NCBI RefSeq assembly: GCF_964204645.1 | Contig: NC_134034.1 | Location: forward strand, 12,040,962-12,104,961 | DNA length: 64,000 nucleotides | Origin: Tubulanus polymorphus | Taxonomy: Eukaryota > Animalia > Nemertea | Reading direction: 5' to 3' | Part shown: one piece after another, positions 25,751-37,930 of the stretch | Layout: each line of letters opens with the position of its first letter | How positions within the stretch are numbered: the stretch's first letter is position 1 | Notes under the pieces: model-generated | What the model was told of the DNA's origin: nothing | Seen by the model: only the letters and a program-made list of their open reading frames with translations | Database searches by the model: none | Program-made: the position numbers and the translations under genes

Positions 25751-28384
25751 TGATATAAGTATCCCCCTACGACATCATATAGTTCCCTAATTAAATCATG
25801 GTTTTCTTAAAATATACATGGCTGCCCCTCAAATCCCCCAATGACATCACAGATTACAGTTCTCTCATGGTTAGGATTTTCTATTTACTAATCAAATGTC
25901 TGATATCCCCCTATGACATCAAAAGTGTTTCCTCGCGTAGGGCCTTCATTTTTGTGCTGAATTTTTTGCCCTAGAATTCAAGCGGGGTTCACATGGATTC
26001 CTACATGTCTCTGGTGATTGTCAGATTGTGGGTTGAAATTGAACATAGAAATAAAACTTCTCAACAAAACAAAAACTCGAACATAATACGAATAATCGCC
26101 TGAAATATTTGCCCCTTTGTGAAAGTTTGAGAAATTAATGACCCGCTAAAATGCGGAATGAAATAATGCGTTTGATCGTCAGGCGATAATAGCGCCGGAA
26201 TAGCTGCCGATATTCTATAGATATTCTATATATGGTAAAATAGTATTTCACAAATAAAGTCATGATTCATTTTGTGGTCGATTTGTGACGAGCCTAATCT
26301 CACGAGCGCCTGCTGCCTACGTCCGTCTGAGTTCTAATCGCTTGCAACGGCTCTATTTACATTCGTATAAACTCGCGTTTTTTTTTCTTTTATCCAATCG
26401 TATAAATATTTCTATGGTGAATTTCGATTCGAAAATTGATCTGAAATCAGGCGGAAAATTCTCTTATTTATAGAGACATCGTTTTGAGTCGAGATTTAAA
26501 AAAAATTTTTTTTTTGTTTTAATTTTCTCATTTAAAAAGACATTGTTTTAGGGCAAAACAATACCTGCCATTATTTCTTCTAATTCTTTTTTCTATAATT
26601 TTCTCATTTAAAAAAGACATCGGTTTAAGTCCAGAAATACCTGCCATTTTTTGATTTAATTTTTTTTCTCATTCTAATTGTTTTCCCTTTTAATTTTCTC
26701 ATTTAAAAAGACATTGTTTTTTTAGTCAAATACTACCTTACAATTTTTCTTTGAATTTTTTTTTTCTTTTAATTTTTCTTTCTTTTAATTTCATCATTTA
26801 GAAATACACCGGCTTGAGTCGAGTTATACCTGCAATTTATTCCTCGAACATTATACGTGGCACGTTTTTCTTAAAAAAAGATTTTCTATTTTTCGAGAAA
26901 CAAAAATCATTTTTGGAAGCGGTTTTATCGCGGGAAAAAAAATCACAAAAAAGCAACGACTTCGATACTCGATTTTAGTTCGAAATACGCTGTCGAGCGA
27001 GAAAAACAAATCCGTTTTGACGGAAACGAATTTTTTTCCAAGGCAATTTCGAGTCTCGTGATGACGCGAATTGCTTTTATACGTGTTTATACAGTTACCG
27101 GACCTTTCCTGAAATAATCGCACGCGCATATATCAACATTATCAAAACTATAACAAAAAACGTCGATTCTTTCGAATCATTTATTCTTACATAGAATTCT
27201 CCTGGCGTCTTTGTGCGTTCTTCGTGTCTCGGACACAAGACTCGGGTTCGAGCTTTTGTTTATTTTGATTTACGATGACAAACGCGGAGAGAACGATCTG
27301 TAAAACAGCGAACAATGAAGAGACTATAGTTCTACAGCAAACTATAGTCTTTTATATTCAGACGGAAATCTAGTTTCAGTATATGTACTATATATTTATG
27401 TATGTATATATAAATGTATATGCGTATATATTTGACAGTTCTGGCGACATTGTGCGCTAGCTAGCGAGCGAGCGCTTATTATTCACAGTTTTCGAAGCTC
27501 GTACGTTTTTCACGTGGCTGAATAAGTTAATTCCCTTCATTATACGTAGCCTACCTCTTAGAGCCTATTCATCCGAGCGTAGACGTCGACACGAGACCCA
27601 ATTCCACAGTTACGAAGTCGAGTCATTTTATGAAAAAATCAACTGATCGTCGACTGATCAATTCGCTCTCATTCACAATCATTGGGGAACTGGATTTCGG
27701 CTATTTTTCTAAAAAAAACAACTTTTTTTCGAAAATCGTTTTGTCGCGTAAACTGCCCGAGATAATCATTTTCAATTTCGATACTATCGCTGCTAATGCT
27801 ACGTATATGTGTGTGTGTCCCCCCCAACTAAATTCATGTATTCAGGTCAATCCTCGTTGAGTAATCCGACTCTTTGGCAAAAAACGGAATGAAATTTTCA
27901 TATTTTATCGCGTTTTAGATAATTTAAGTTTGGAATCGATGGAAATTGACTACAATTGACTAAACTCGACCTTTAGTTGAATTCAGCTATCTACTATGAA
28001 AGTGTGACGTCCGAAAACTTGAAATTACCTGCTATTTGACTAATCATCAGTCGCAGTCAGGGAATAGTCAGGGAATTTTGTATAGAAGCTATAATTCAAG
28101 GAACTGTGTTAAGATTACTAGATCGCGTGTAAAATCGAACAATTTCTGTCTTAGTTTAACGTATTTGATTGTGTTAATTGATTGGTTTCTTTAGCAGATC
28201 AAGTCAGGGAACAATGTGCATGTCAGGGAATAGTCGGGGGGGGGGGGGGGAAGCCAGTGAAATAAAAGTGTTAAAAGTGACCACCCTCTTGGTTCATTGA
28301 CCTATCGAAAAAAATTCAAGCATGATTCAGTTTATATACTAGAAAAAAAAGAATTTAATGTTTTATGTGTTTGTGTTATTTCAG

Positions 28385-28523
28385 CGCTGTTGGAGGGGAA
28401 TTATTCAACCATTGCGCAGTAGACGAACCTCTAACAGAGAAAGAAACTCAACGACTGATGCGACAGATTCTCGACGGTATCGCTTTCCTACATGACAAAA
28501 ACATCGTGCATTTAGACATCAAG
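28385..28523 (+). CDS. STK17A: DRAK/STK17 kinase exon 3 (YAVGGELF...VHLDIK)
   Basis: tttcag/gtaaca boundaries; catalytic-loop HLDIK. Confidence 0.95.
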
Positions 28524-28604
28524 GTAACACAGTGCTTTCCATTACTTTCATTACAGCACTCCAGAGTGTCCGCATTGTGACACTGATGATGTAGAATTCA
28601 ACGT

Positions 28605-29540
28605 GGAATAAACTACACTAGCTCAAGGAATACAGTATTCCTGAAGATGACTATTAGAATATAGGCGAAACATTGAATAAACTACGCTAGGTCAAGGAAT
28701 ACAGTATTCCTGAAGATGACTATTAGAATATAGGCGAAACATTGAATAAACTACGCTAGCTCAAGGAATACAGTATTCCTGAAGATGACTATTAGGATAA
28801 AGTCGAAACGTTGAATAAACTACACTAGCTCAAGGAATACAGTATTCCTGAAGATGACTATTAGGATATAGTCGAAACGTTGAATAAACTATGCTAGCTT
28901 AAGGAATACGGTATTCCTGAAGATGACTATTAGAATATAGGCGAAACATTGAATAAACTACGCTAGCTCAAGGAATACAGTATTCCTGAAGATGACTATT
29001 AGGATAAAGTCGAAACGTTGAATAAACTACACTAGCTCAAGGAATACAGTATTCCTGAAGATGACTATTAGAATATAGGCGAAACATTGAATAAACTACG
29101 CTAGCTCAAGGAATACAGTATTCCTGAAGATGACTATTAGGATAAAGTCGAAACGTTGAATAAACTACACTAGCTCAAGGAATACAGTATTCCTGAAGAT
29201 GACTATTAGGATAAAGTCGAAACGTTGAATAAACTACACTAGCTCAAGGAATACAGTATTCCTGAAGATGACTATTAGGATATAGTCGAAACGTTGAATA
29301 AACTATGCTAGCTTAAGGAATACAGTATTCCTGAAGATGACTAAAAGGATATAGTTGACACGTTGAATAAACTACACTAGCTCAAGGTATACAGTATTCC
29401 TGAAGATGACTATTTGAATATAGTCGAAACATTGAATAAACTACACTAGCTCGAGGAATACAGTATTCCTGAAGATGACTATTAGGATATAGTCGAAACG
29501 TTGAATAAACTACACTATCTCAAGGAATACAGTATTCCTT
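28605..29540 (+). ncRNA. Tandem array of 13 minimal type I hammerhead-ribozyme-like motifs (69-bp period)
   Basis: Best units read TATTC-CTGAAGA-T-GACTAT(loop)ATAGTC-GAAA-CG-TT-GAATA; cores at 28641+69n (n=0-12). Confidence 0.7.
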
Positions 29541-30791
29541 AGAAATTTCAAAACAAATTCTTCGATTGTGGTTTTCGGGACATTTTTATAAAATTGTAGA
29601 GCTGTGAGTTTTGATATCAATCTATTCTTAGCTGTGAGTCCAGTTTTTACCCTAAGGATCTGATTAGAATTTGGTTCGATTCGATGATAAAAAGTTGTCG
29701 CGGGTTCCGATCGATTCGATGAAAAATTCTGTGTTTGCTTAAGATAATTTTTTCGACGTCGAAACTATTTTTCACGGCGTGGGAACTGGTTTTCTGTATA
29801 GTTAGCGAAGTTTTCGCGAATCCAATTAAAAGAGTATTTCATACGTTATTGTTTCTCAGGGTTGGCCGGGTTTGTTAACGCAGTCAGGTGTTTATATACC
29901 GAAAAGACGTGTAAAACATAGCGGACCCGATCCGGATGCCTAGATGTAAAATACTCGATGTTTATTTTGTTACGGGTGACCGCCCTCTCCCTCGAGCTAG
30001 CGCCCGCGTATTCAAACTCTATAGCGAATCAGTTCGTTCGCGCTTTTGGAAGTAATCCAGAGAATTCCATTTCGTTTGTGCCGTGTAAACCATATACCTC
30101 GTCTTAACGAGGGGCCCGGTCCACCCTCACACGCGAGCTTACAGCTGCGAGTTTAAAACCCGCCGAGCGAAAGCGCCGGAGACAGTTCGGCTGTCACGAA
30201 TGAAAATTGTTGATCCGCTGCCAGAACAGTGCGCGAAAATTTCCAGGGCTCGATTTGTGTTTATCGATCAATAATATTGATTATGATATGTTTGTTCGGT
30301 CAGGTGATCGGTCAAGGGGTCAGTTCAATCTACTTCATTAGCCGTTAACAATGGTTTCGATCGTCGTCGTAAACTTTCTGACAAGTGAATTTCGACATCT
30401 GTTGAAGCTGTGGTTATTGCCTTATCTCGCCCCTTGTACATGAGACGAGTACGTTCTACTCTATAAACCTTCAACTACCTTAGATAAAGTCGCGTAGTTC
30501 GTGTTTTACTATCGATCGAAGGTGCCCCGCGTTCATTTTTAATTCTATCCAATTTTTATCCTCAATCTACGCTGAAAACGTTGTCATCACGTCCTCGCGA
30601 GGAAATTTGATTAAGATGGATCATTTTCCAAGATTCTTGAAATGACCTGCGCGAAAATGTTATATAATCTTTGCAAAAATACGCAGTGCGGCCCGGACTT
30701 CCCTAAAAATGCCCCGTTCTCTATTTCAAAAATTTCAGACATTTTTTCGATCTCTCTAGAAACTTATGAATTTTTTCGATTTATTTTTTAG

Positions 30792-30921
30792 CCACAGAAT
30801 ATCCTGCTTACGAAGACCGCGCCGGCTCACGGAGATATCAAACTTTGCGACTTCAGTTTCGCGAAACAAGTCAACCAAGGAACGGATATCAGAGATATTT
30901 TAGGAACTCTCGACTATGTCG
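30792..30921 (+). CDS. STK17A: DRAK/STK17 kinase exon 4 (PQNILL...CDFSFAK...GTLDYV)
   Basis: tttttag/gtaagc boundaries; continues HLDIK-PQN; absent from the ORF track because it is short. Confidence 0.93.
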
Positions 30922-31525
30922 GTAAGCGCCGAGTCTAATGAGATATTCCAGAAATTCCGTGTGCAAAAAATTCAATTCGAATTGAATATTTATCTCGTGG
31001 TCTTACGCATTTAAGTCGTTATATTTGTGAGGATCGTTATTTGATGAAATATCGGAACGATGACTCGCGCTTAGTAAATTGAATTCGAAATACGATTTGG
31101 CACTTAAAAATAAAGATGACTTCAGAAATATGACGACTTATCAGGGGTTTACCCATGTTTGACCGCATTTTTGCGTTGGTAAGATTCTATTAATGGCATC
31201 TTCAACCCCTTTTCTTTTTCTTATCTAAAAGAACAACCTATTTTTAAATGATAATATGATTATTTTCTATACGAGACCCGATTGAGTTTGACTGCGTAAA
31301 AAAATAAGTGGACCATGTCCTGTTACGCAATTAGCTACGTGTCAATTATTGTTTAAACATTCGCGAACTTTAATCTCGATGATTTTGAAGTCTTTGTGAG
31401 ATTAATTTTGAAGAGGGTTGACTCGCGTCCATGAATCACCGATTGAAAATGTCGTCGCGAGTGGTCACGTAAGACTCTTTGATTTATCGCGATTCAATGA
31501 CATGACGATTCGATTGTTTTTTCAG

Positions 31526-31574
31526 CGCCGGAAATCTTGAGCTACGAACCGATTAAAAAAGCCACAGATATGTG
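31526..31574 (+). CDS. STK17A: DRAK/STK17 kinase exon 5 (APEILSYEPIKKATDMW)
   Basis: ttttcag/gtaagt boundaries; APE motif; phases match neighbours. Confidence 0.93.
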
Positions 31575-31854
31575 GTAAGTGTTTACGTTTGTCGCCGCTA
31601 GGTGTCAGCACTGTCCGGACTGCTATGCGCTTCCTATGAATAATTGTGATTATTAGACGGAATGGAATTTCGTTTCATAAAATAAAAACCACAGTTTTTA
31701 GCAACGCGTAGTAACGTCATATACAAAACAAGTTTAATTAATGCTAAATATTTTGAAATATTGAAATTAAATTTCCGTAAAATATTTGATAACAAAAAAA
31801 TTTTGTTTGTTACTATTGCTGAAATTAAACCCAAAAATTGTCTTAAATCTTTAC

Positions 31855-32200
31855 ACTGGTCTTAAGTTGTTAGATTGGTTATAGAACCAGAATGAGCTTA
31901 GACTGGTCTTAAGTTGTTAGATTGGTTATAGAACCAAAATGAGCTTAGACTGGTTTTAAGTTGTTAGATTGGTTATAGAACCAGAATGAGCTTAGACTGG
32001 TCTTAAGTTGTTAGATTGGCTATATAACTAAAACTTAAATAAAATTAATACTGTTTTCAAGTTGTTTAATTGGTTATAGAACTAAAGACTGGTCTTAAAT
32101 GTATGCGACTAAGCCCTGGGGCCAGTCTAAGACCAACTTAGTTCTATAGACAATCTAACAACTTACGACCAGTCTTAAGATTTGAGACCACTTTTGGACT
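31855..32200. repeat. 47-bp repeat family (agactggtcttaagttgttagattggttatagaaccaaaatgagctt), tandem plus one inverted copy
   Basis: Same family also at ~54740-55075 and ~56560-56730. Confidence 0.85.
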
Positions 32201-32368
32201 CAAGCCATGACTATGCAACCTGCCCCAGCTGATTTTAAATTCAAATTTAGACGGCACTGAATCGAGTGCAGGGCGATTGATTTGAATTCGAGGCAGTTCG
32301 ATGAATGTACGGTAATTAAGTTGTGTGTTATTAATTAATGTTGACTAATGTTGTTTATTTGTGTTTAG

Positions 32369-32548
32369 GAGTATCGGAGTGCTGGCGTACGTCATGTTGA
32401 CCGGACACTCGCCGTTCCTGGGCGAAACGAAACAGGAAACATTCCTAAACATTTCACAAATCAACGTCGAATATCCGGACGATCTGTTTAAAAACATCTC
32501 GTCGAACGCGCGAGATTTCATCGCGAAATTACTAGTCAAAGATCCCGA
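32369..32548 (+). CDS. STK17A: DRAK/STK17 kinase exon 6 ([30 protein letters not shown]...VKDPE)
   Basis: [10 protein letters not shown] is the STK17/DRAK signature; tttag/gtaagt boundaries. Confidence 0.95.
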
Positions 32549-32636
32549 GTAAGTTTCAGTAAATCGTAACAAGGTGCTGGGTTTATAGACGTGGGGTAGA
32601 GTGAACTCAGCGGGTTACAGGCAAATAGGGGTCATT

Positions 32637-33048
32637 CATAAATGAAGAAATCCCACACTTCGAATTTAAAATTTCACGATCAAATTTATTATTATGAAAC
32701 CACAACTCTGTTATCGCCATCCTCTTCAGTCCACTTCACTTAGTTACATAATTTGTTTTTACTGTGAACTGTTTAGAATTGCTGTGGTTTCTACGGTACC
32801 CCTTGATGTTTTATTGCTCGGTCTGTTTATCTTTAGTTTTGACACACTGCTTCTATTTTAGATCCTGTGAGTTTATATGCTTTGTTACTTGTTTTTCTGG
32901 TCATTCCACCTGATGATGGCTGTTAGTCAACAGCCGAAACGTTGTGGTTTCAAAATAATAAATTCTATCTTACAATTTTAAATTCGAAGTGTGGGATTTC
33001 TTCATTTATCTACAGTATACACGGATTATAGTGTTTATTCGACAACTA
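32637..33048 (+). mobile_element. Penelope-like element remnant with inverted partial terminal repeat, hammerhead motif and TSD
   Basis: 32638-32707 is an inverted copy of 32941-33009. Hammerhead CCAC-CTGATGA-T-GGCTGTT/AACAGCC-GAAA-CG-TT-GTGG at 32906-32947. Flanking direct repeat aggggtcatt. Confidence 0.75.
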
Positions 33049-33535
33049 AGGGGTCATTAATTTATTACATATGCATTATGAGGGAAAGGGTCGGGGTCAG
33101 TGCAAACGCGTACCGTATGTATATGAAAAAATTGCCAATTTTGAGTACAATGGGTTGAAAAAATTCGAATTCCAATGCGTAGATAGTAAATGATCCCATA
33201 TCAGATTAAAAAAACTCATGGAATTCAGATAATGCTATTTATTGTCCACGTGTTTCTTTATCAGTGATTCATTTAACAACGACCGAATCGTAACATTTTG
33301 AACTACTGATAATTTCTCTGATTCAGTCTCGGGGAATTTTGTGTAATCACGTGGAAAAATCAGAGATTGAATTAGTAAATGGGCTGAAAGAGGCCATACC
33401 ACCGCCCTGTGGGAAACTGGGTCCTGACTTTTAGATTCAATTCTAAATTTCTCGGTGGATATTTGACAGTAATGTCCGACTTATTTGAATGTTTTTCAAT
33501 CGATGTTTCTCAGATTTTGTGTTTCATATTTTCAG

Positions 33536-33812
33536 GGATCGTCCGTCTGCTACTGAAATGTTGTCGCACGTTTGGCTGAAAACGGACGAACTGACGACGA
33601 CTACGACTCAACAACAACAACAGATATCGTCGCGACTACGGTCGCCGTGCGCGTCGCCGATCGGCTGCCGACGTCCGATGCCGAAGGTTACGCTCGTCGA
33701 CAAAATCGATGTGACGCCTTCGAAAAAATATCGTTACTCCGAGGAGAAAATCATGGAGCGACCGATTAACGGACGTTGCCCGCTGTTAGTAGCTCCCCCT
33801 AGTGTAGCGTAG
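33536..33812 (+). CDS. STK17A: DRAK/STK17 kinase last coding exon (DRPSATEMLSHVWL...SKKYRYSEE...stop)
   Basis: tttcag acceptor; subdomain XI Arg and HxWL; SKKYRY resembles the SKRFRF tail motif of vertebrate STK17; TAG ends at 33812. Confidence 0.9.
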
Positions 33813-35485
33813 GTTTAACGACTGTAAGTGCTTGCGTATGTACACCCCGCGTCGTATTGAGTCTTCAGGTCCTTCAAGAACGAATTCGAAACTAAAATCT
33901 GGAAGCCATTTGTAATTTTAGACTGGTTGCAGTTGTTAATCGTCTGCTCTATTAGACTGGTTATGGCTCTATGAGACTGATTACGGTTTTTTGGACTGGT
34001 TACGGTTGTTATATTGTCCGCTTTATCGATTTCGGTTCTTTTGGACTGGTTACGGTTGTTATATTGTCCGCTTTATCGATAACGGCTCTTTTGGACTGGT
34101 TACGGTTGTCCGTGTGTGTGTACGCAATGTATTATTAATTGTTAGATTTAATGATTATTTTTGTATCCGTGACAATTCGATGTTAAATAATGATGATATT
34201 ATTATACACATGTAAAAAGTGAACTTGTCGAGTGTAAATTATGTGAATTTAGTGTTTATTATCTGTAAATACGTCATAGACACGAAAAGACAATGACATT
34301 TCATCATAACTGAAAAACTGACGCATATATGAATATATAATGAAGCATATATGAATATATAATTATGTGAATAGCCAATCATAGGGAGATAGGACAATAG
34401 GACTATCGGAAGTCTTGAAGGATGGAAATCTGTTTCGCGTTGCTATTGGTTGGTTGACTAAGATACCTCGAGTATCGGCCAATCGGAGAAAGTTTTATGT
34501 ATGAAACGCAAAACGCGGATTTTCTCCTCATCCTGACTCCTATACTCCGAGAATTCCGAATTCGAGTGGGAATCCATCTTGCATATTTTGCTATTATTTT
34601 ATAGTCAAGTTAGTAAAGGTCTGAGACGGCATTTCGCACATATTATACCTTTCAATTCTATAAGGAATCTCTAACGCTACCGCTGCGATCGACGATTCCG
34701 CGTATGGCAAGCAAGGACCCACCAGGTGGCACTAGTAGTTTAATTTCTTCGACATTTCGATTACAAATCGAAAGTCGATAATGAACTAATTTCGACGACG
34801 AAAGACCGAATGCTCGTCACGCCATCTGGTGGGGTAGCTGGCGTCCGATTTTCCCATTGGTAGAAAATTTAGACATTTATTTCAATAATCATCACATTAT
34901 ATAATACACAATGTAAATCTAAACCGATAAATACGATATTCGGACCAAACTTTTGTAGAATATTTCTCTGAATGTTGGAATGATGAACCAAACATATGCT
35001 AGCTACATATACACTAACATAAGCAATCATGTTTTTCGATTTTGAAATTATATTATACAGCTATACGTTCTACAACCCCGGTTAATCATGGTTGCCAAGA
35101 CGATTTATACAAATTATTTTTGTATATTGATTTAAAATCGGGGTGAATTCTGTCGAACGATTTGCGTCTCTCGGCGGAAATCGATGACGTTCGTTCTAAG
35201 TTTTAGAAAAAACGGAATTTTTTATAAAATGATTTATCGATAATCAGTATTTACGCGAAGCAATATATACACCACGTACGTATCTGTTACTTGACGAGAT
35301 ATTTGAAAGCAAAAAAAAATGTTCCTATTTGTGTGAACCGAGTTTAGGTATTTTTTAGGATCCATACGTATCCATTCATATAGGCAGGGTCAAACCCAGT
35401 CATTAAATCTATTATAATAAATCTAAATGAAGTTATATGTCATGGTTTGAACGAATGCTTGTAAATTTGTATAAACTCTATTTAA

Positions 35486-35771
35486 CCCTTTCAGTGCGTC
35501 TACACCACAGTGCGGTGTATAAATCAGTGATAGATTTTGCTAGTACACCGCACTGTGGTGTATTGATGTAATTAGTAATTAGTAATTATCTCTATTGAAA
35601 AATGGCAGCACCTGTTAAACAGTGGAATATTAGTAACTAATGATACACCGCATCGCGGTGTAGACGCACTATAGTGGTATTCCCGTTGTTCAACACACTA
35701 GGGTGGAATTTTTTAGAATTTTCAAATTATCTCCAGCACTATAGGGTATTAATTAGTCAGCACTGAAAGGG
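35486..35771. mobile_element. piggyBac-like MITE
   Basis: TTAA|ccctttcagtgc ... gcactgaaaggg|TTAA; internal palindromes of the tacaccacagtgcggtgta type. Confidence 0.8.
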
Positions 35772-36283
35772 TTAATGCTAAGAAATTGATACCTTGTTTC
35801 TCGTTACTGCTGAACTTAAAGTCGGACCCGGCCGGCCGCCTATCTACCCCTCTATTTTACTGTATCATGATCAAGCTCACCATAACAGACCCGGCAGTTA
35901 TAGAAATGAACAGATTACAAATTCCATTGCAGTTTACACAAAAGCGACCCGGCCGATCGATGAGAAACAAGGTTTCATTCTATTTCAGCGTAAAGTTGTT
36001 GTTTAGTCCTTAGTTCGGGTAGAAATCGACGAAACGAGGCGTATTTTTACGGATCAGGACCCAGTAGGATGCCCCCCTCATTTAAAATGCGCCTCGCGAT
36101 GAAATTAATAAGATGTTAGTATAGAATCATGGACGTATAAACTAGATTCGTGCATCCATTGTTCAATAAAACTCTCTAATCCGTGTCAGCTGTTGTACAT
36201 ATATTGAAACGTGCCGTAATAGAATTTTATGATAAAAATTTATGAAAATGAAACTACAATGTTTCAGCTGTTGACTAACAGCC

Positions 36284-36490
36284 ATCATCAGGGTGGAATG
36301 ATGACATCAGGGTGGAATGATGACATCATCAGGGTGGAATGATGACATCAGGGTGGAATGATGACATCATCAGGGTGGAATGATGACATCAGGGTGGAAT
36401 GATGACATCAGGGTGGAATGATGACATCATCAGGGTGGAATGATGACATCAGGGTGGAATGATGACATCATCAGGGTGGAATGATGACCT
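36284..36490. repeat. 19/22-bp minisatellite (catcagggtggaatgatga[cat]) grown from a Penelope-like end
   Basis: Directly visible; abuts a minus-strand copy of the 32906 hammerhead motif. Confidence 0.88.
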
Positions 36491-37884
36491 ATCTGATGAT
36501 AGCTATTTTGTTTGTCAAGGGCCAAAACGTTGTGGCTTTGTCTTCATATTCTTGTGTAAAATTCTATCGCGGGATTTCTTATTTAAATAAGACGTTGATG
36601 AGGTCGATCAGCGTGTGAGGTTGACATATTTCTATTTTGCGTCTGGTGAGTTGTGGCAGTTGCGGTGGCGGCCATCTTGGTGTTTTTTTGCAACAGGATA
36701 TTTCAATGTTATGAATTTTTATCAGCTTTTTGCGTTGTATGCGTTATATTTGTAAATGATAAAGATCTGATTCCACAGTCTTCGACGAACTATGGAATCG
36801 GGTCAACTTGTATAGCATAAGTAGGTCGTTGAGGTACTTTTGCCTTCTTGGATAAGAAAGATGGCCGCGTGCGAACAAATCCCCCTATGATATCATCAAA
36901 TTTCCATTTACTGCTTCGGAATATTTCGAAATGTATATCTCGGGTTTGTTAGGTCTTATATTGGTGGAATTCCCCGGACGCGGCCATCTTGACTAAAAGC
37001 CTATTTATTCATAGCTCAAATATGTGTTGTGTACAGTGACTCCTTTTAATGAGCTATCATTCCCCGACCCCCGACTGTTGTAGAATATAATTGGGGTTTT
37101 TTCCATGTTGTAAATATTGTGTAAATTTAAGTCGATAACAATGTGCTATGTATGTATAACAGTGGGCCTTGCGTCCACGTGCAACCAGCCCCAGGACCCA
37201 GTTCCGCAGTCATGACGTAAGTCCAAAAATCATCCATCAAGTCGTCGGATTTGACGAACATAAGCAGGGGCAGTGAGATTTAGGGGGTGAGATGGCCCTT
37301 TTAGGGGCTTACGACTGAGGTTGCCCTTTTCGTCAAGACAGAGCTAGTTGAAACCTGCAAATTGAACACTTATCGTATCGGAATTTGTATCTTTTAGGAA
37401 GTATTTCTTAAGAAACATCTTAACCGCGCTATAGGCCTTTGACATCTCTGCTTTATCCGAGAAATGCCTTTCACTTTCTTCGGGACCCCGGCTTTACAAT
37501 TTTCCTTGATCCGCCTCCTGAGTAGACTGTTCACTGTCCCACAGACCGCGGAATTGAGTGCAGTCTACTGTAAAACTAAAATCAGCTAAGACTGGTGTTG
37601 AATGCAAGCTGTGACTGCGTGGCTGGGACCAGGGATTCTGTAACTATTGTTTTATCCATCATCCGAGGTGTAATTTCTCATGTAAAATCTTGTATTTTTT
37701 CTATAAAGTGGTTACGAATTTTTAAGAAAAATTTCACAAAAAAATCCCATAAAATTCGTGGTCTTTTTTTCTTTCTTGCTGTCATTGGTTTAATTGTAAA
37801 GATAGAGTTTATTGTGCAATCTTGGTTTCTTCATTTTCTAGTTTTTTTCCGTGTTTTAGTTGAAACTGAAGTGATAAATTAGTA

Positions 37885-37930
37885 AATAAATCCTGTGTCA
37901 TCTTAAAAAGTTCAGTGTTTGGTTTTTTTT
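37885..37930 (+). terminator. Candidate poly(A) signal of the kinase gene
   Basis: AATAAA at 37885-37890 followed ~25 nt later by GT/T-rich gtgtttggtttttttt; an alternative AATAAA lies near 36164. Confidence 0.4.
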
